A stretch of DNA of 64,000 bases from Mytilus californianus (lineage: Eukaryota). Below, piece by piece: positions 13,251-25,240 of the stretch (the stretch's first letter is position 1; every line of letters begins with the position of its first letter). The DNA lies in assembly GCF_021869535.1 (NCBI RefSeq), contig NW_026262745.1, forward strand, positions 8,618,001 to 8,682,000. The letters run 5' to 3'. Under the pieces are notes generated by a model. It searched no databases. It was not told the origin of the DNA and saw nothing but the letters and a program-made list of their open reading frames with translations. The position numbers and the translations under genes are program-made.

Positions 13251-13703
13251 TCCAGAGGGAAACATACAGTCTACAACAATCAGGTGTCTCTACAATATTG
13301 TCAAGCTCCAGAGGGAAACATACAGTCTACAACAATCAGGTGTCTCTACAATATTGTCAAGCTCGTCCTCCAGAGGGAAACATACAGTCTACAACAATCA
13401 GGTGTCTCTACAATATTGTCAAGCTCCAGAGGGAAACATACAGTCTACAACAATCAGGTGTCTCTACAATATGTCAAGCTCCAGAGGGAAACATACTGTC
13501 TACAACAATCAGGTGTCTCTACAATATTGTCAAGCTCCAGAGGGAAACATAGTTTACAACAATCAGGTGTCTCTACAATATTGTCAAGCTCCAGAGGGAA
13601 ACATACAGTCTACAACAATCAGGTGTCTCTACAATATTGTTAAGCTCCAGAGGAAAGCATACAGTCTAGAACAATCAGGTGTCTCTACAATATTGTCAAG
13701 CTC
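13251..13703. repeat. 56-bp minisatellite, about 8 copies
   Basis: Unit ctccagagggaaacatacagtctacaacaatcaggtgtctctacaatattgtcaag, with one 6-bp insertion and small deletions. It explains the three overlapping ORFs at 13165-13827. Confidence 0.95.
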
Positions 13704-13847
13704 TAAATTGCTTGAGTCTGTTGTTAGTAAATTTATCAGACTATCAAAGATCTGTCATGAACACCAAATTCTCCACAGGCAACCAATGATAAAGTTCCTG
13801 GCTTGGGAAGGGCACATGAATATGTGATACTGTTAAACTGGTACTAC

Positions 13848-14601
13848 TTTTTTGTCTCGCCTGCAAAGAAAGTGGTGAAAGGTGAGACAGGTGTTGCTTT
13901 TCCAGCTCATGTGGTGTCAGCATAGTTGTCTTTTGAGGCGTCAACAATTGTTAAGTTTTCTGCTTAAGTCAGTTTGAATGGAACTACTTGTGATAGATCA
14001 ATGAAATTTTCTATAAAGTTGCATTACTATCAGTACATATCAGTTTGACAACTATTTCAGGGCCCTGTCCCCTAGGTCATGGTCCTGCGACTTTTTCAAT
14101 TTTCAATGTGAAGTTTTCTACTTAAATCAGTTTGAGAGGAACTACTTGTGATAGATCAAAGATATTTCACAAGTAGTTCCTCTCAAACTACTTGTGAAAT
14201 ATCTTTGATCTATCACAAGTAGTTCCTCTCAAACTGATTGTGATAGATCAAAGATATTTTCTTTACAGTTGCATTACTATCAGTACATCTTAATTTGACT
14301 GTTTTGAGGCCCTGCCCTGTAGGTCATGGTCATGGACTTTCAATGTATTACCAATTTTCAATGTTAGGTTTTCTGCTTAAGTTAGTTTGGTAGGAACTTC
14401 TTATGATAAACAATGATATTCTCTATAAAGTTGTGTTCCTATCAGTACATCTCAATTTGAGCATCATTTTGATGCACTGTCCTCTATGTTATGGTTTAGC
14501 AACTTTGAATTACATGTGTACTTAGAAATGTTGCTGTCCATCAGATTGTCTTTTTCTTAATTTTCTGCTAACAGGCGAGACATATCTCTGTGTCAACAGT
14601 T
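13848..14601 (+). mobile_element. diverged HINE-like element (family B related) containing a perfect hairpin
   Basis: 5' tgtctcgcctg..ggtgagaca and 3' aggcgagaca..tgtgtcaacagtt subterminal repeats, with degenerate central repeats. Confidence 0.7.
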
Positions 14602-14734
14602 TATACATGTATATCAATATCTCAAACCCTCCCTGTTTCAACTGGAACAATAGACTTAACCAGAGAACACTAACTTTTTAGTTTTCAGACAAATCACCCT
14701 TTGAGGCAACAACAATAATCAATTGTTGGATTTA

Positions 14735-15050
14735 AGGAGTTGATTGGTTGATTGTTGGTTGTTCAAATTTAAGTGATGTATATTTCATGCCTTTTTAGGG
14801 CATGAATGAATTAAGCAATGTATGAAACTTTTCCAACAGTAATGGAGAGGCTGCAGACAATCCTCAATTACTGTTAACTGCAATAGGAAATATGTTAAAT
14901 TGGTTCTTGACATGTAGATAGCATGATATTCAAACAGAAACTACCCATGGAGGTCCCCTTTCAGTTTCAGCTTCACTTGAAACGTACAACTCTCAAGAAC
15001 AGGTATTCCTATCCTTGGGTTTGGGATTGTCTTGGCCAACACTAGACTTT
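14735..15050 (-). mobile_element. old SINE, reverse orientation
   Basis: Starts with a (gatt)n tract, the reverse complement of the caatc tail of the Deu-like copies. Body is diverged. Confidence 0.4.
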
Positions 15051-15367
15051 TTAATACTAAACGCTAAACAGTGGCTGAACGTTACCAATCCAATAGGATA
15101 CTTATAGAAACTTTCCCTTCCTAAATGAATGGAAAATATTGATTTCTTAAGTAATTAGTAGATTTATTATATATTGTGTATTCACATAACAATTACCAAT
15201 CATTTTATAGGAACAGAGATCAAACGATTGTAATAAACCTATTTTGAGGAGACAATTCATTAAACTTTATGACTTCTAATGTGAATTTTACCATTTAATG
15301 TTTCAGATGATGTCTTAATAGACTCAGAAGTTCAAAAGATTAAACAGACCACCAGTAACATAATACC

Positions 15368-15389
15368 ATGGCACAGTCACCTAATGATA
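15368..15389 (+). CDS. candidate first coding segment (MAQSPND) in exon 15307-15389 of the unassigned host gene
   Basis: tttcag acceptor, gtaagt donor at 15390, accATGg context with an in-frame upstream stop. Ends in phase 1, matching the next candidate exon. An alternative frame (DVLIDSEVQK..) is also open. Confidence 0.45.
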
Positions 15390-15840
15390 GTAAGTTTGCA
15401 TGTTGTCTATTGTTTTTATGACAGGTTGAAAATGAGTATCCAACAGCTGCATTGAAATAAGGAAATGTGGTATAATTGCCAATAAGACTGCTAACCAACA
15501 TAATAGTCCAAAATTATATCTTTGTGAATACAGTGTACCCTGTCTAATGTGAATCCCTTTGTTACAGAAGATTTTTGTTCTGATTAGACAGGTAATTGCT
15601 TTAAACAGGTCAAATAACTAAAAACTATACGTTAAAGGGTTCTGATGCAAGAGTTTGGTTTAGACAGGCCTCTGACTTACCAAGGGTTTGTTTAAGACAG
15701 TTCTCTTTTGCTTTTAACAGATTAATTGCCAGTTTTCTGAAAGCTTCAGAGTTTAATGGCCCCTATATCATAGTGAGACCAATTTAATTAAAAGCTAATT
15801 TGAGACTAGGAATCTCTGCCTTATTTGTATCCCATAATAG

Positions 15841-15907
15841 ATATTAAAGTTCATGAGGGTAAAACATGTTTTAAAGAGACAGTTTCAGCAGATTCACAGA
15901 AACAAAG
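15841..15907 (+). CDS. candidate coding exon (IKVHEGKTCFKETVSADSQKQ)
   Basis: cccataatag acceptor, aag|gtaagt donor, open in phase 1 to 2, compatible with both neighbours. Confidence 0.5.
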
Positions 15908-17991
15908 GTAAGTCATCATTGAACGAATTAAAATTATATAATAATAAAATATAAACTAAATTTATATCAACAATATTAAGGATAGTTTTCATTTATTTGA
16001 TAAATATTTAAAATAATATTCATTGTCATATATTATTGACATATATATACATGTTACCATTTTCTATTCTTTGTAGGCTGTAGTGAAGACATTGATTATC
16101 ATATAAATATAAACAATTCATGAATGTCATAATTATTCCAAAACATCTATATACATCAATACTTATGTGGGAGTTTTAAGTTATGTAATGAAATAAAGAT
16201 TAAAATGCTTGTGAAAAATATTGATCAGACAGCTCTGTCTGATGAGGGTACCTTACTTCCATCAAGTGTCCTTGACCTTTGTCTTATTTCACTTTCACCA
16301 TACATCCCAATAGGATTGTGTGACTAATGCATTGATTATCTGTATGAATGTTGAAAGGGAGGTAACTCATCATGAATCACGAACAAGGGAAGCACATTGC
16401 TAGATTGGTAATTTGCTGTTATAATTTGGTAGGTTTGGAAATTAGTAATAAAGTAGAGGAACATTTTGTAGACTATCAAAATCCATTCTGTGTTCTAGTG
16501 ATTAATGTTTCTACACTGTAGAATTTACACTCCAGAGAATATAGGGTTTTAATCTCTAGTTGTCTGTTCATTGGTTACTTGCTCTGATTCTTTATTTACG
16601 TTTTAGAGGTGCAATACAATGTAACTTTACCATAGATGAACTATTCAAATTATCAACTAAAAGGCTTATGTTTGAGCGATTATGGCTCATTGGCTAGATA
16701 AGTGTTATAGGGGTAAATTTTTTTACTACAGGGTTGAAAAGTGATGTGGACTGTGTAGGAATTTAGTGTGAATCTTCAGTATTTGTAAACAAGGCTATGT
16801 AAATGATGATTTTTTAGTCATGATTTAGGCATAAGGTTGTTGATGTCAAGCTGATATGCTATATCTGACTCAATGTAACTTCAAAACAGAGGAGGTGTAA
16901 AGGTGTTTGAGTGGGGTGTTATGGGAGAGTTGAGGTATTGGATGCAGATTATTCTTGGTCTTCTATTATCTATGTTCTCAAGATTTAATATGCTTCTGAA
17001 CTGAAGTTCTGACATAACTACAAATTAAGTATTAAATAGTTAAATAGTTCATTTCAAACCCGAAGCAATACAGCTTATAGCTATATCAGAAATATATACA
17101 TATACATTATAACAGAACAGACGTCTGCCTGAACAGAAGTATAGGTTCAGCAGTAACTGTTTTTAATGGAATTATTGAGGCAAGATATAGTGGTTTGACT
17201 TCACAAATGTTTGCTCTGTTCAGTGAAAGGGGGGTAACTTAATGTGAAATTTTGCATTAGAAAACTGATTTGTCTCCCTTTAAGCAAGAATTTGAGTGTT
17301 ACTAACTGTATTGATTTTACCTTCCTTTAACATGAATCATGCCAGACAGATTGTTAAAAGGTTTCAGAATTGACTGAAATAACGAGTACAGATATCACTT
17401 TACTTGTCACAAAGCATTCATTAACCTGGATTAACATTCTCTTGGAATTTAATTGTAGGTACCATCAGATCTGAACAAACGTAAACTATGTCAAGTTATT
17501 CTAATAAGTACCTTTTTAGGACAATTTTCTTTAAGTACCACTACTTTTATATCTGTACATTGTAATTACACTTAAAAGACAAATGTTCTTGTACCATTTA
17601 ATGCTAAGTACTTATTATCATTACATGTTTATGTATTAAACTTACTAAGCTATGTTGCTGCTCCTATACTTGACAGAAATACATGTCCTGCTCATCCCTT
17701 ACACACTACTATCAGGCAGAGACAAATTGGTATTTACAATAACATTGTATAAATAAACTATTAGTCTGTAACACTTCTTTATAAAATGATGGAAATTTTA
17801 TGTAACACCATGGACTCTCACTACGATTTTATTTTCATTTAAGTCTATTTATAGCCAAGAACTTTTCATTCTGGGCCATGTCAAGTCAACAGTTCTGAAA
17901 AAGATCATTATAAACTTTATTAAAGTCTAGTTTGTTATTTAAATTTGTATGTCATAATGAAATGTTGTAAAATTCAAATTGAGATAATTTG

Positions 17992-18818
17992 CTTTTAATA
18001 AAATTTTGCGGTCGTATATGGTATGACGTTGGTGTCGTCTTCGTCCGAAGACACATCGGTTTTCGCACAATAACTTTTGTTTAAGTGAATGGATCTCTAT
18101 GAAATTTTACCATAAGGTTCAATACGACAAAAGGAAGGTGGGGATTGATTTTGGGGGTTATGGTACCAACAGTTAAGGAATAAGGGGCCAAAAAATAAAC
18201 ATTTTTGTAACTTCCCGACAATAACTTGTGTTTAAGTGTATGGATCTCTCTGAAATTATACCACAAGTTTCCATACCACAAAGGGATAGTTAGGATTGGC
18301 TTTGGGGGGTTATGGCCCAAACTGTTTAGGAGTTAGGGGCAAAAAATGGGAAAAAACAAGGGTTTCCTGGTTAATGAACAATTTAAAAGCAGTGTAAGGG
18401 AGGTAATCCATAAACAAAATTGTACAATGTTGTACAATGTTGGATTACCTCCCTTACACTGCTTTTAAATTATCTATTTAAGACTTTTATGATGTATTTA
18501 AATTGGTAATTATGGTTGCAAACTACATTGGAAATTTGAATTGAGATTATGACCATATCTTGATGGAAAAGGGTCAATTCGCAACAGCATAGTGTATTGC
18601 ACAAAAGCAAAAAATTGAATATATATTCAAATCATATAACCAATTCTAAGTTCTTTGACTACAGTTATTCGGTGTCAGAAACCTATTATGTGTCAAATAT
18701 TTAATTACAATCCAAATTCAGACCTGTATCAAGCGCGAATATTGTGTCCATTTTTGCCAACTGTTCAGGGACGGACCTCTGCGGTTGTATCCAGCTGCGC
18801 TCAGCGAAGCATTTTATT
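17992..18818 (+). mobile_element. HINE-like element, family D (161/162-bp repeat family)
   Basis: 5' gcggtcgtat, (gtc)n tract, repeat gggattgattttgggggttatgg, 3' gcggttgtat-ccagctgcgctcagcgaagc-attttatt. Homologous to 49638 and 60952. Confidence 0.85.
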
Positions 18819-19025
18819 TTTAATGAAATGATGATGTGATTAGACTTACTGAGCTTTTAGACTTGTAGAATCTTTATCCATTTTGGGAACTAATTTCTGT
18901 CGAATTTCCAAAAAACTTTAACTTAAAGAATTCTGAATGTGAGAACATTGACACATTGTTTAATAGACCTGTATTAGAATTTAAAGTTTATACCAGAAAA
19001 TCAAATTTTTCCCTTTATTACTCAG

Positions 19026-19055
19026 ATTCCTGGGCCCCACTATAGATGAAAAGGG
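19026..19055 (+). CDS. candidate 30-nt micro-exon (FLGPTIDEK)
   Basis: tttttccctttattactcag acceptor and ggg|gtaaga donor. The only open frame is phase 2 to 2, matching the preceding exon. Confidence 0.5.
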
Positions 19056-19249
19056 GTAAGAACTTCAAAGAAAAGGAACGACTTAAAGTGTATTGTGCAA
19101 TCATATATGACTTCAGTACTTACAGGTCAGTTTGAAAACATGTTGAATTCATGTGCAGGGCAAGCTTATACTCCCTACAAAAGTCATGTTGAAGAGTTTA
19201 ACATAGAAAGTAATGGGGCTATGAATTAGTGGTGTTATTCCTTAAGGAG

Positions 19250-20450
19250 AAGTTTTTACTCTATGGTTATAGTGGTAAATGGAACCAAGCTTAAGGTTGG
19301 ATTCATGCAGGATTGTGTTTCTGACTTGTATCTACACTTATTGACAGGCCCTAGCTAGGAGTGCTAATTACAATTACATCAAAGAAACTCAATTGTTGCA
19401 TCAGACAGGTTCAAAAACATTGATGTCCACTGGCTAAAGGATTCCTGGATGTGATAGTAGATAGGTTGGCAAATTGCAAGCCACATATGTTGAAAAAGAA
19501 ATTGGCTTTAAATTAGACATCATTACAAATATCATTACATCACACATCAGCAACTGACATATGCAATAATAGGCACAAAATGTATGGCTTGGAGACATTA
19601 GCACTTTAAAAAAAAACTTCTAAACATATCTTGATTCCATCATTCCAATGCATATATGCATGATGTATAGTCTTATCTGAGTTTTGAGATAATGGTTAGG
19701 TTTGTGTCTTGCTATGAACAGAAAGTTGACTGTTGTTGTCGTAACTTCATTATTATATGATCTGATGGAACATACCAGTACAGAACACAACTGCACTTCT
19801 GCAATGCTTCAATGAATAGCCAAACAATACAAAAATTACATTCTCGCACTTCTTTTGCTCAAATATTCCTGAACCACCCATATGTATTGGTCCTCCAGTT
19901 AGACATTGGAAGGCTACATCTAACCTGTATATGCCAATATTTTCATAACAGTACCAACATGAGTGCTACTCTTTACGGTAACCATTATTTTCTTCAATCT
20001 TGGTGTCCATAGAACATATCTAAGGACAAATAAGGCTGATGGTCAACAATGATAGCAGGAACCTTTGACCTTTGCATGAAGAAACATGCCTCAGTCTCTA
20101 AATCAGATAATGATCTTATAAATGCATTACTGAACTGCATTCATCATCTGCGGTTGTGGCCATACTTGGCACTGACTAATTCAAATACGACATTCATAGT
20201 TGCCTCCCTTTGTAATCTTAACTGTAATATGGATTGATATCTTCCTTATTCTTTATTTGTCCTGAAAGACTTGCGGAAAGGAATTATTACAATTTGCTAT
20301 AATATGACTATAAAAATTTGACCTGACCTGAAGTTCGATTATTTTTTTGTCTTGTTGTGAATTAGTTGATGGTATTGTATTAAGAGAGATCATTGTTAAC
20401 ATTTCTTGCTCTTCAGTTTCCTCCTGTCAATATTAATCACCTTTGATAAT
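19250..20450 (-). mobile_element. decayed pogo/Tigger-like (DDE_1) transposase
   Basis: Minus-strand fragments in the expected order: YGHNRR and PYLSL/WTPRLKK (HTH region), PSNV*LEDQ (about 19890), EVQLCSVLVCS, IGMMES (about 19640), and LPTYLLSHPGIL*PVDINVFEPV (19404-19470), like LPPH.SH.LQPLD..VF.PLK. Many stops and frameshifts; TIRs not found. Confidence 0.6.
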
Positions 20451-20989
20451 TCTTTATCTCAAGGAAGTAGAATCTCTGGAGATAGTGTTGCACAGTACCA
20501 TTTAACATATTCATTTGATAACCTACATTTTGAAACCTTTCAAAAAACATTATTGCATCCTCAGTGGAATGATGAGCTATGAGGTCAACATATTCTTGTA
20601 TATATCTGCAATTTATCATTGTGTGAACAAAAACAAAAAGTGAGAAGACTGTTTTATTGTATAATCTAACAGCTGCCGATTCATATTCTTAGTTTTGTAC
20701 AAACCACATTTTTTGATATCTTACACTTTGCTATGATTTTACAATATGTGACCCATAGCTTACCACTCCCTGACTTTTCTCCCTACCACTAGAACACCCG
20801 TCAGCATGAATCCCTCTACCTATGAGTGGAGAGGTGGAGCCCCCCTCGCTATATTTTACTTTAACCATATGTTATTATTAAACTCTTGGGCAATAATCAC
20901 TGTACAAATCGTCTTGCATAATCTAATGAAAAAAACGAAAAATCAGAAACTATACTCCCTATTATTGCTTCTCAGAATTTCAATGTAAA

Positions 20990-23600
20990 GGAATTCAAGA
21001 GTTACATAACAAAAGAATTATTTCTGTAATATAGAAATCTTTTCAATAGCACCTTTCACACTATTTTCGTATTTTCGTAACGATAAGTTTCTGCGGAATC
21101 TAATATGGTAATGAATCGTGAAACATTTACCCTGGCTTAATCTCCTTCAATTTTATCATGGAAAGCTCTTAGGAATGCTTCAGATACTTTCTGTGAAATG
21201 CAATTACTGTACGATGCTGTAATTTTATAGTCCATATAATGCAACGGAAGAGAACCTCGTCTCTAAATATTGGTTTAGAAATCACATTTGCATTCTATGG
21301 CAGATAGATGCAAATAATGGTCTTCAGAAATGTGTCGTCTCTTTTGGTAAAAATTATGAGTTTCCTGTATGTTGCTATGGAAACACAAATTTTATTAAAT
21401 GATGGAAATTGATCATACAAATGACAATTTATTTGTGAGATAAATAGACTACATGGCCATTCTTGGTAAATGGACATTGTATACATTGGATAATTGTCTG
21501 TCATGAATCTACGTAGAAAAGTGTAAATTGAATTACCAAGTTTCCTAGAATGTAGACAAATGTGACAATATATGTTTATTCCTTCTTAATATAATTTGAA
21601 AATGGAAAACAGACTTGATTGGGAGTCATATCTTTAAGTACAAAGTAAATAAAATGTAAATGTATGTCTCAGTTTGTCTGACTTTCTAAATAGTCTTGCA
21701 ATTAGGGAATATGTTATTCCTGTAATTGTGTCCTTGTATTGGCATTTACAAATATATGAGAAACAAAATCTTATTTTCAAAAATGGCATTTTTTTTGCTG
21801 AGTGTTGAAGGAGGGTGTGGATGGGGGTCTACAGCATAGTGAATATTTGGCATAAAATATAAAGAATAGAGAAAAATGGACCAGAAAAATAAAGAATAGA
21901 GAATTATGAGGTGCTAAAATATAACGACTAGAGAATAATGGGCAAAAAGTATAATGAATAGAGAAAAATAGCCTAATAAATTAAAGAATACAGAAATGAA
22001 GGACCCCCATTCCAGATCCAGTTGAAGGCCTCACTCTGACATTGAGATGAAGAACAGCCAAAAAAGAGCTGAACAGCAAAGAAAACTCTGTTCCTTTGCT
22101 TTTTGTGTTTTTTGCTGTGCATATTCTGATTTTGTGTCATGGATGAATACGCCATATCCTTTCTTTTTCAAATATATTTGAATGTAACGTTTAATTATAC
22201 TTAAATAAGAGAAAAGCCTTCGATATTAGTGTTGGAAAACTTTTGTATGATGCATTACAAATCAATATCTACTGGAATAGGGATACAGTTTTAATTGAAC
22301 CATGTACCTATTTGATTTAATTGATTAAAACATTTCCTGACCTTGATTCAAATTTCACCTAATTTCTATTTTTGACAGCATTTGAACATTGTAGGAATAA
22401 TGTTCATTCAAAATGTGAATGTTTGACTTCAATGATTGAACAATTTGGTCGTTTGATATTTTGAAGAATAGTTTATCACCTGTATAACAAATGTAACAAA
22501 GCCTGAGATTTATCAGTAGTTATATTCATTACAACCATGTCCTTGTCAAGAATGATCAAGTGAAATTCTCTATCAGAAACAGTCCTCGATGAAAGAGTAT
22601 TAAAACTTATATATATTAGATACAAGCCATCAGAAGAAGAATAATGATTTTTGCATCATTGCTTTCTAAGAAGTGGTTATTGAGTTTCATCTTCTGGTCT
22701 CCTTGTGGTATTTTATTGTAATCGAGATCTGTCATTTGATTTGGGTCTGTTTCTCTAGAAATCTTGTTATTGATGGAACTAATTATGAAAGATAACCTTT
22801 AGGGAATTGAGCATACTTAGTAGAATTTTCTGTCAAGTTGTATTGATGAAAGCATTTTTTGAGTTGTATCCCTTTTCAGCAAAACTTTTATTGAGATTGA
22901 TTTTAGAACATATTTTAAATGAAAAATTATTGTGAAGTTTTCATTAATGCGAATAATATGACTGGGATAAGAAGAATTCTGATATCCGATACATATATGT
23001 GTATTCAGCATTTTCTAAAATCACAATAACTATATATAATCTCAAATTTTGGTTGTTGATTTCAAAATCGCAATAATAAAAGCTTGCAACAATTACTGAA
23101 TTTACAGTAGATTCCTGAATTGCAGCTATTATTAAATGTTTGAAACCAATGAATCTAAAAAACAAATAGAATGTTAAATAGATATTCAGACTAAATGATT
23201 TTATACTTCTGATAAGATCTATATGAGCATTTTTCAATTGATTGTTAAACTACTTATGTGATGTGAATTGGTACGCAATATTTTGCCAAGAGTACGTGAC
23301 ATATCAAAACATTGTCTAACTGTACTGATGACGGTATCATCTGCTGTCTTTTGTAATAACTTCCTTATATTATCTCTTTAAACCCTCCGTTAAGCCATTA
23401 GACACATGTTGTTGCTCAGTAATTGGCGACAATTCTTCCTGATTTAATTGTTTTCCGAATGATTTCTATCTTTTGGATATTTAGTGAACAGAGATAGTGG
23501 TGCAAATCAGTAAAGTCTCATTCCCAGAATTATTCTCACTTCCTGTAAATTTGTATTTTTTCTTATTTTATATCTTGGGAATCACTTCTTAATGTTCCTG
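20990..23600 (-). pseudogene. decayed coding-like sequence, family unresolved (possibly a LINE ORF2 or other TE)
   Basis: Long runs of minus-strand frames with sparse stops, e.g. HISSLTIN/KNAH..IIAAIQES (weakly like an APE endonuclease N-terminus) and YCHICLHSRK..KPIFRDEVLFR. No decisive motif. Confidence 0.35.
21799..22033. mobile_element. degenerate MITE with TGAG..CTCA ends
   Basis: Imperfect TIR tgag..ggatgggggtc / gacccccattcc..ctca with internal agaatagaga repeats. A related partial copy lies at 24456-24580. Confidence 0.5.
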
Positions 23601-24094
23601 CTTTAATAATGCGCAATTTAGGTTGTTATGCAATGAACTGAATGTACAAGTTAGCTTATTTGTGGAGCTTTTTTGTTGGGTTGCATGAAGTGCAATATTG
23701 GCTTATAGTACAGTGATATTAGTCAAGCAGGAGGGAAAAAATAGGGTACTTATTTTCACAGAAAGTTTGCACATTATGTAATCTTAAGCACTATCCATTT
23801 AGGAGTTGTTTAGGATTTTGTTCTCATTTTCCCAAATTTGGCAACAATAAAAATTTTTAAAAGGTGGTAGCTATTGTGTATTTCACTCCCTACATTCAAC
23901 CCAGATCATTGAAACTTCACAGAATGTTTCCTCCTTAGGTATTATCCTAAGATACACATTTAGTATTTTTCCTAAACAACTGCTAAGGTGAAAATACATT
24001 AGGTTACATTCTCATGAAACACATGAAAATTACCATACATTAAAGTTAAAGTTACAGCACCAGCAATGCTGCTATTTTTTATCTATCTAGAGAA

Positions 24095-24420
24095 CCCACG
24101 AGTGACTGGGGTATAGAAATATGATCCCTTGGTTTTCTTCCCACCTGCATTAAACCCTTGCCATAGTGGGGCTACCGTTTGGTTGTGCTGGATGTATGAA
24201 TTCACAGCAATGTCTGGTCAGAATGGGGACATTAAATCAGACGCCTCTTGTAGAGATATGAGAGTGTCACACTGCATTTTTAAGAACCTGGCAAAATTTC
24301 TGTCCCTTATAATCCAACATACCATATAGTTTTCCAGTGTCAGTTCAAAAATCCTACATTTCATCCCTGCCATCCCACATTGTAGAACCTGCCTATTGTA
24401 TTAATTGCTAATACAAAATT
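24095..24420 (+). mobile_element. old SINE, Deu/Nin-domain-like
   Basis: cagcaatgtctggtcagaatggggacattaaatc..tgtagaga..ttaagaacc, shared with 35855-36208. Confidence 0.55.
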
Positions 24421-24583
24421 GTTGCCTTCATTTTCCATCAAATTTATTGTATAGCTGAGGGTCTGGACAGAAAGGGGGGGGGGGGTCTTCATTTCTTTAT
24501 TTTTTTATGCCATTCTATCTTATTATGAATGTTGACCATTATTCTCTATTCTTTATATTTTAGCACCCCATTATTCCAAAATC

Positions 24584-25240
24584 TTTTTATGCCCCCACCA
24601 TAGCGGAGGGGGCATTAAGTTTTACCCTTGTCCATTTGATGTACGTACGTACGTCCCAGAAATCCCATAAATTTTGGTGGCGTCACTTTTACTGTTCTAG
24701 AGTTATGCCCCTTTACAAATGGAAACATTGCTGAATTTTTCGTTTCCGTTCTCTAACTTTAGTTTGCCTCAATCAAATGTTATGAAACTTATACACAATG
24801 CTTATTACCACAAAACACAGATCAAGTTTGAATTTTGGTGGAGTCACTTTTACCATTCTAGAGTTATGCCCCTTTAGAAATGGAAAAATTGCAAAATTTT
24901 TATTTTCTTCTAAATATCAAGTAATTATTTTTAAAATTGGAGTTATCTGTCTTGTCCATGATTATAGTTGAATCAACTACAATCAATGCTTTATACAATG
25001 CAATGTTTAATTTTGACTTCCACTGATAAAACACAGATCAAGTTGAATTTGGGTAGTGTCACTTTAACCATTATTGAGTTATGCCTCAACCAAATGTTAT
25101 GAAACTTATACACAATGCTTATTACTACATAATACAGATTAAGTACGAAATTTGGTGGCAACACTTTTACCATTCTTGAATTATGTTCCTTTATAAATAT
25201 AAAGATTGCTGAATTTTTCGTTTCCGTTCTCTAACTTTAT
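24584..25240 (+). mobile_element. HINE-like element, family E, 3' truncated
   Basis: ttttatgcccccaccatagcggagggggcattaa 5' hairpin, (gtac)n microsatellite, about 161-bp repeats. Confidence 0.8.

Noticed and set aside
13165-13827. 220-aa, 146-aa and 84-aa ORFs
   Set aside because: They are translations of the 56-bp minisatellite in shifting frames, with no splice or domain support.
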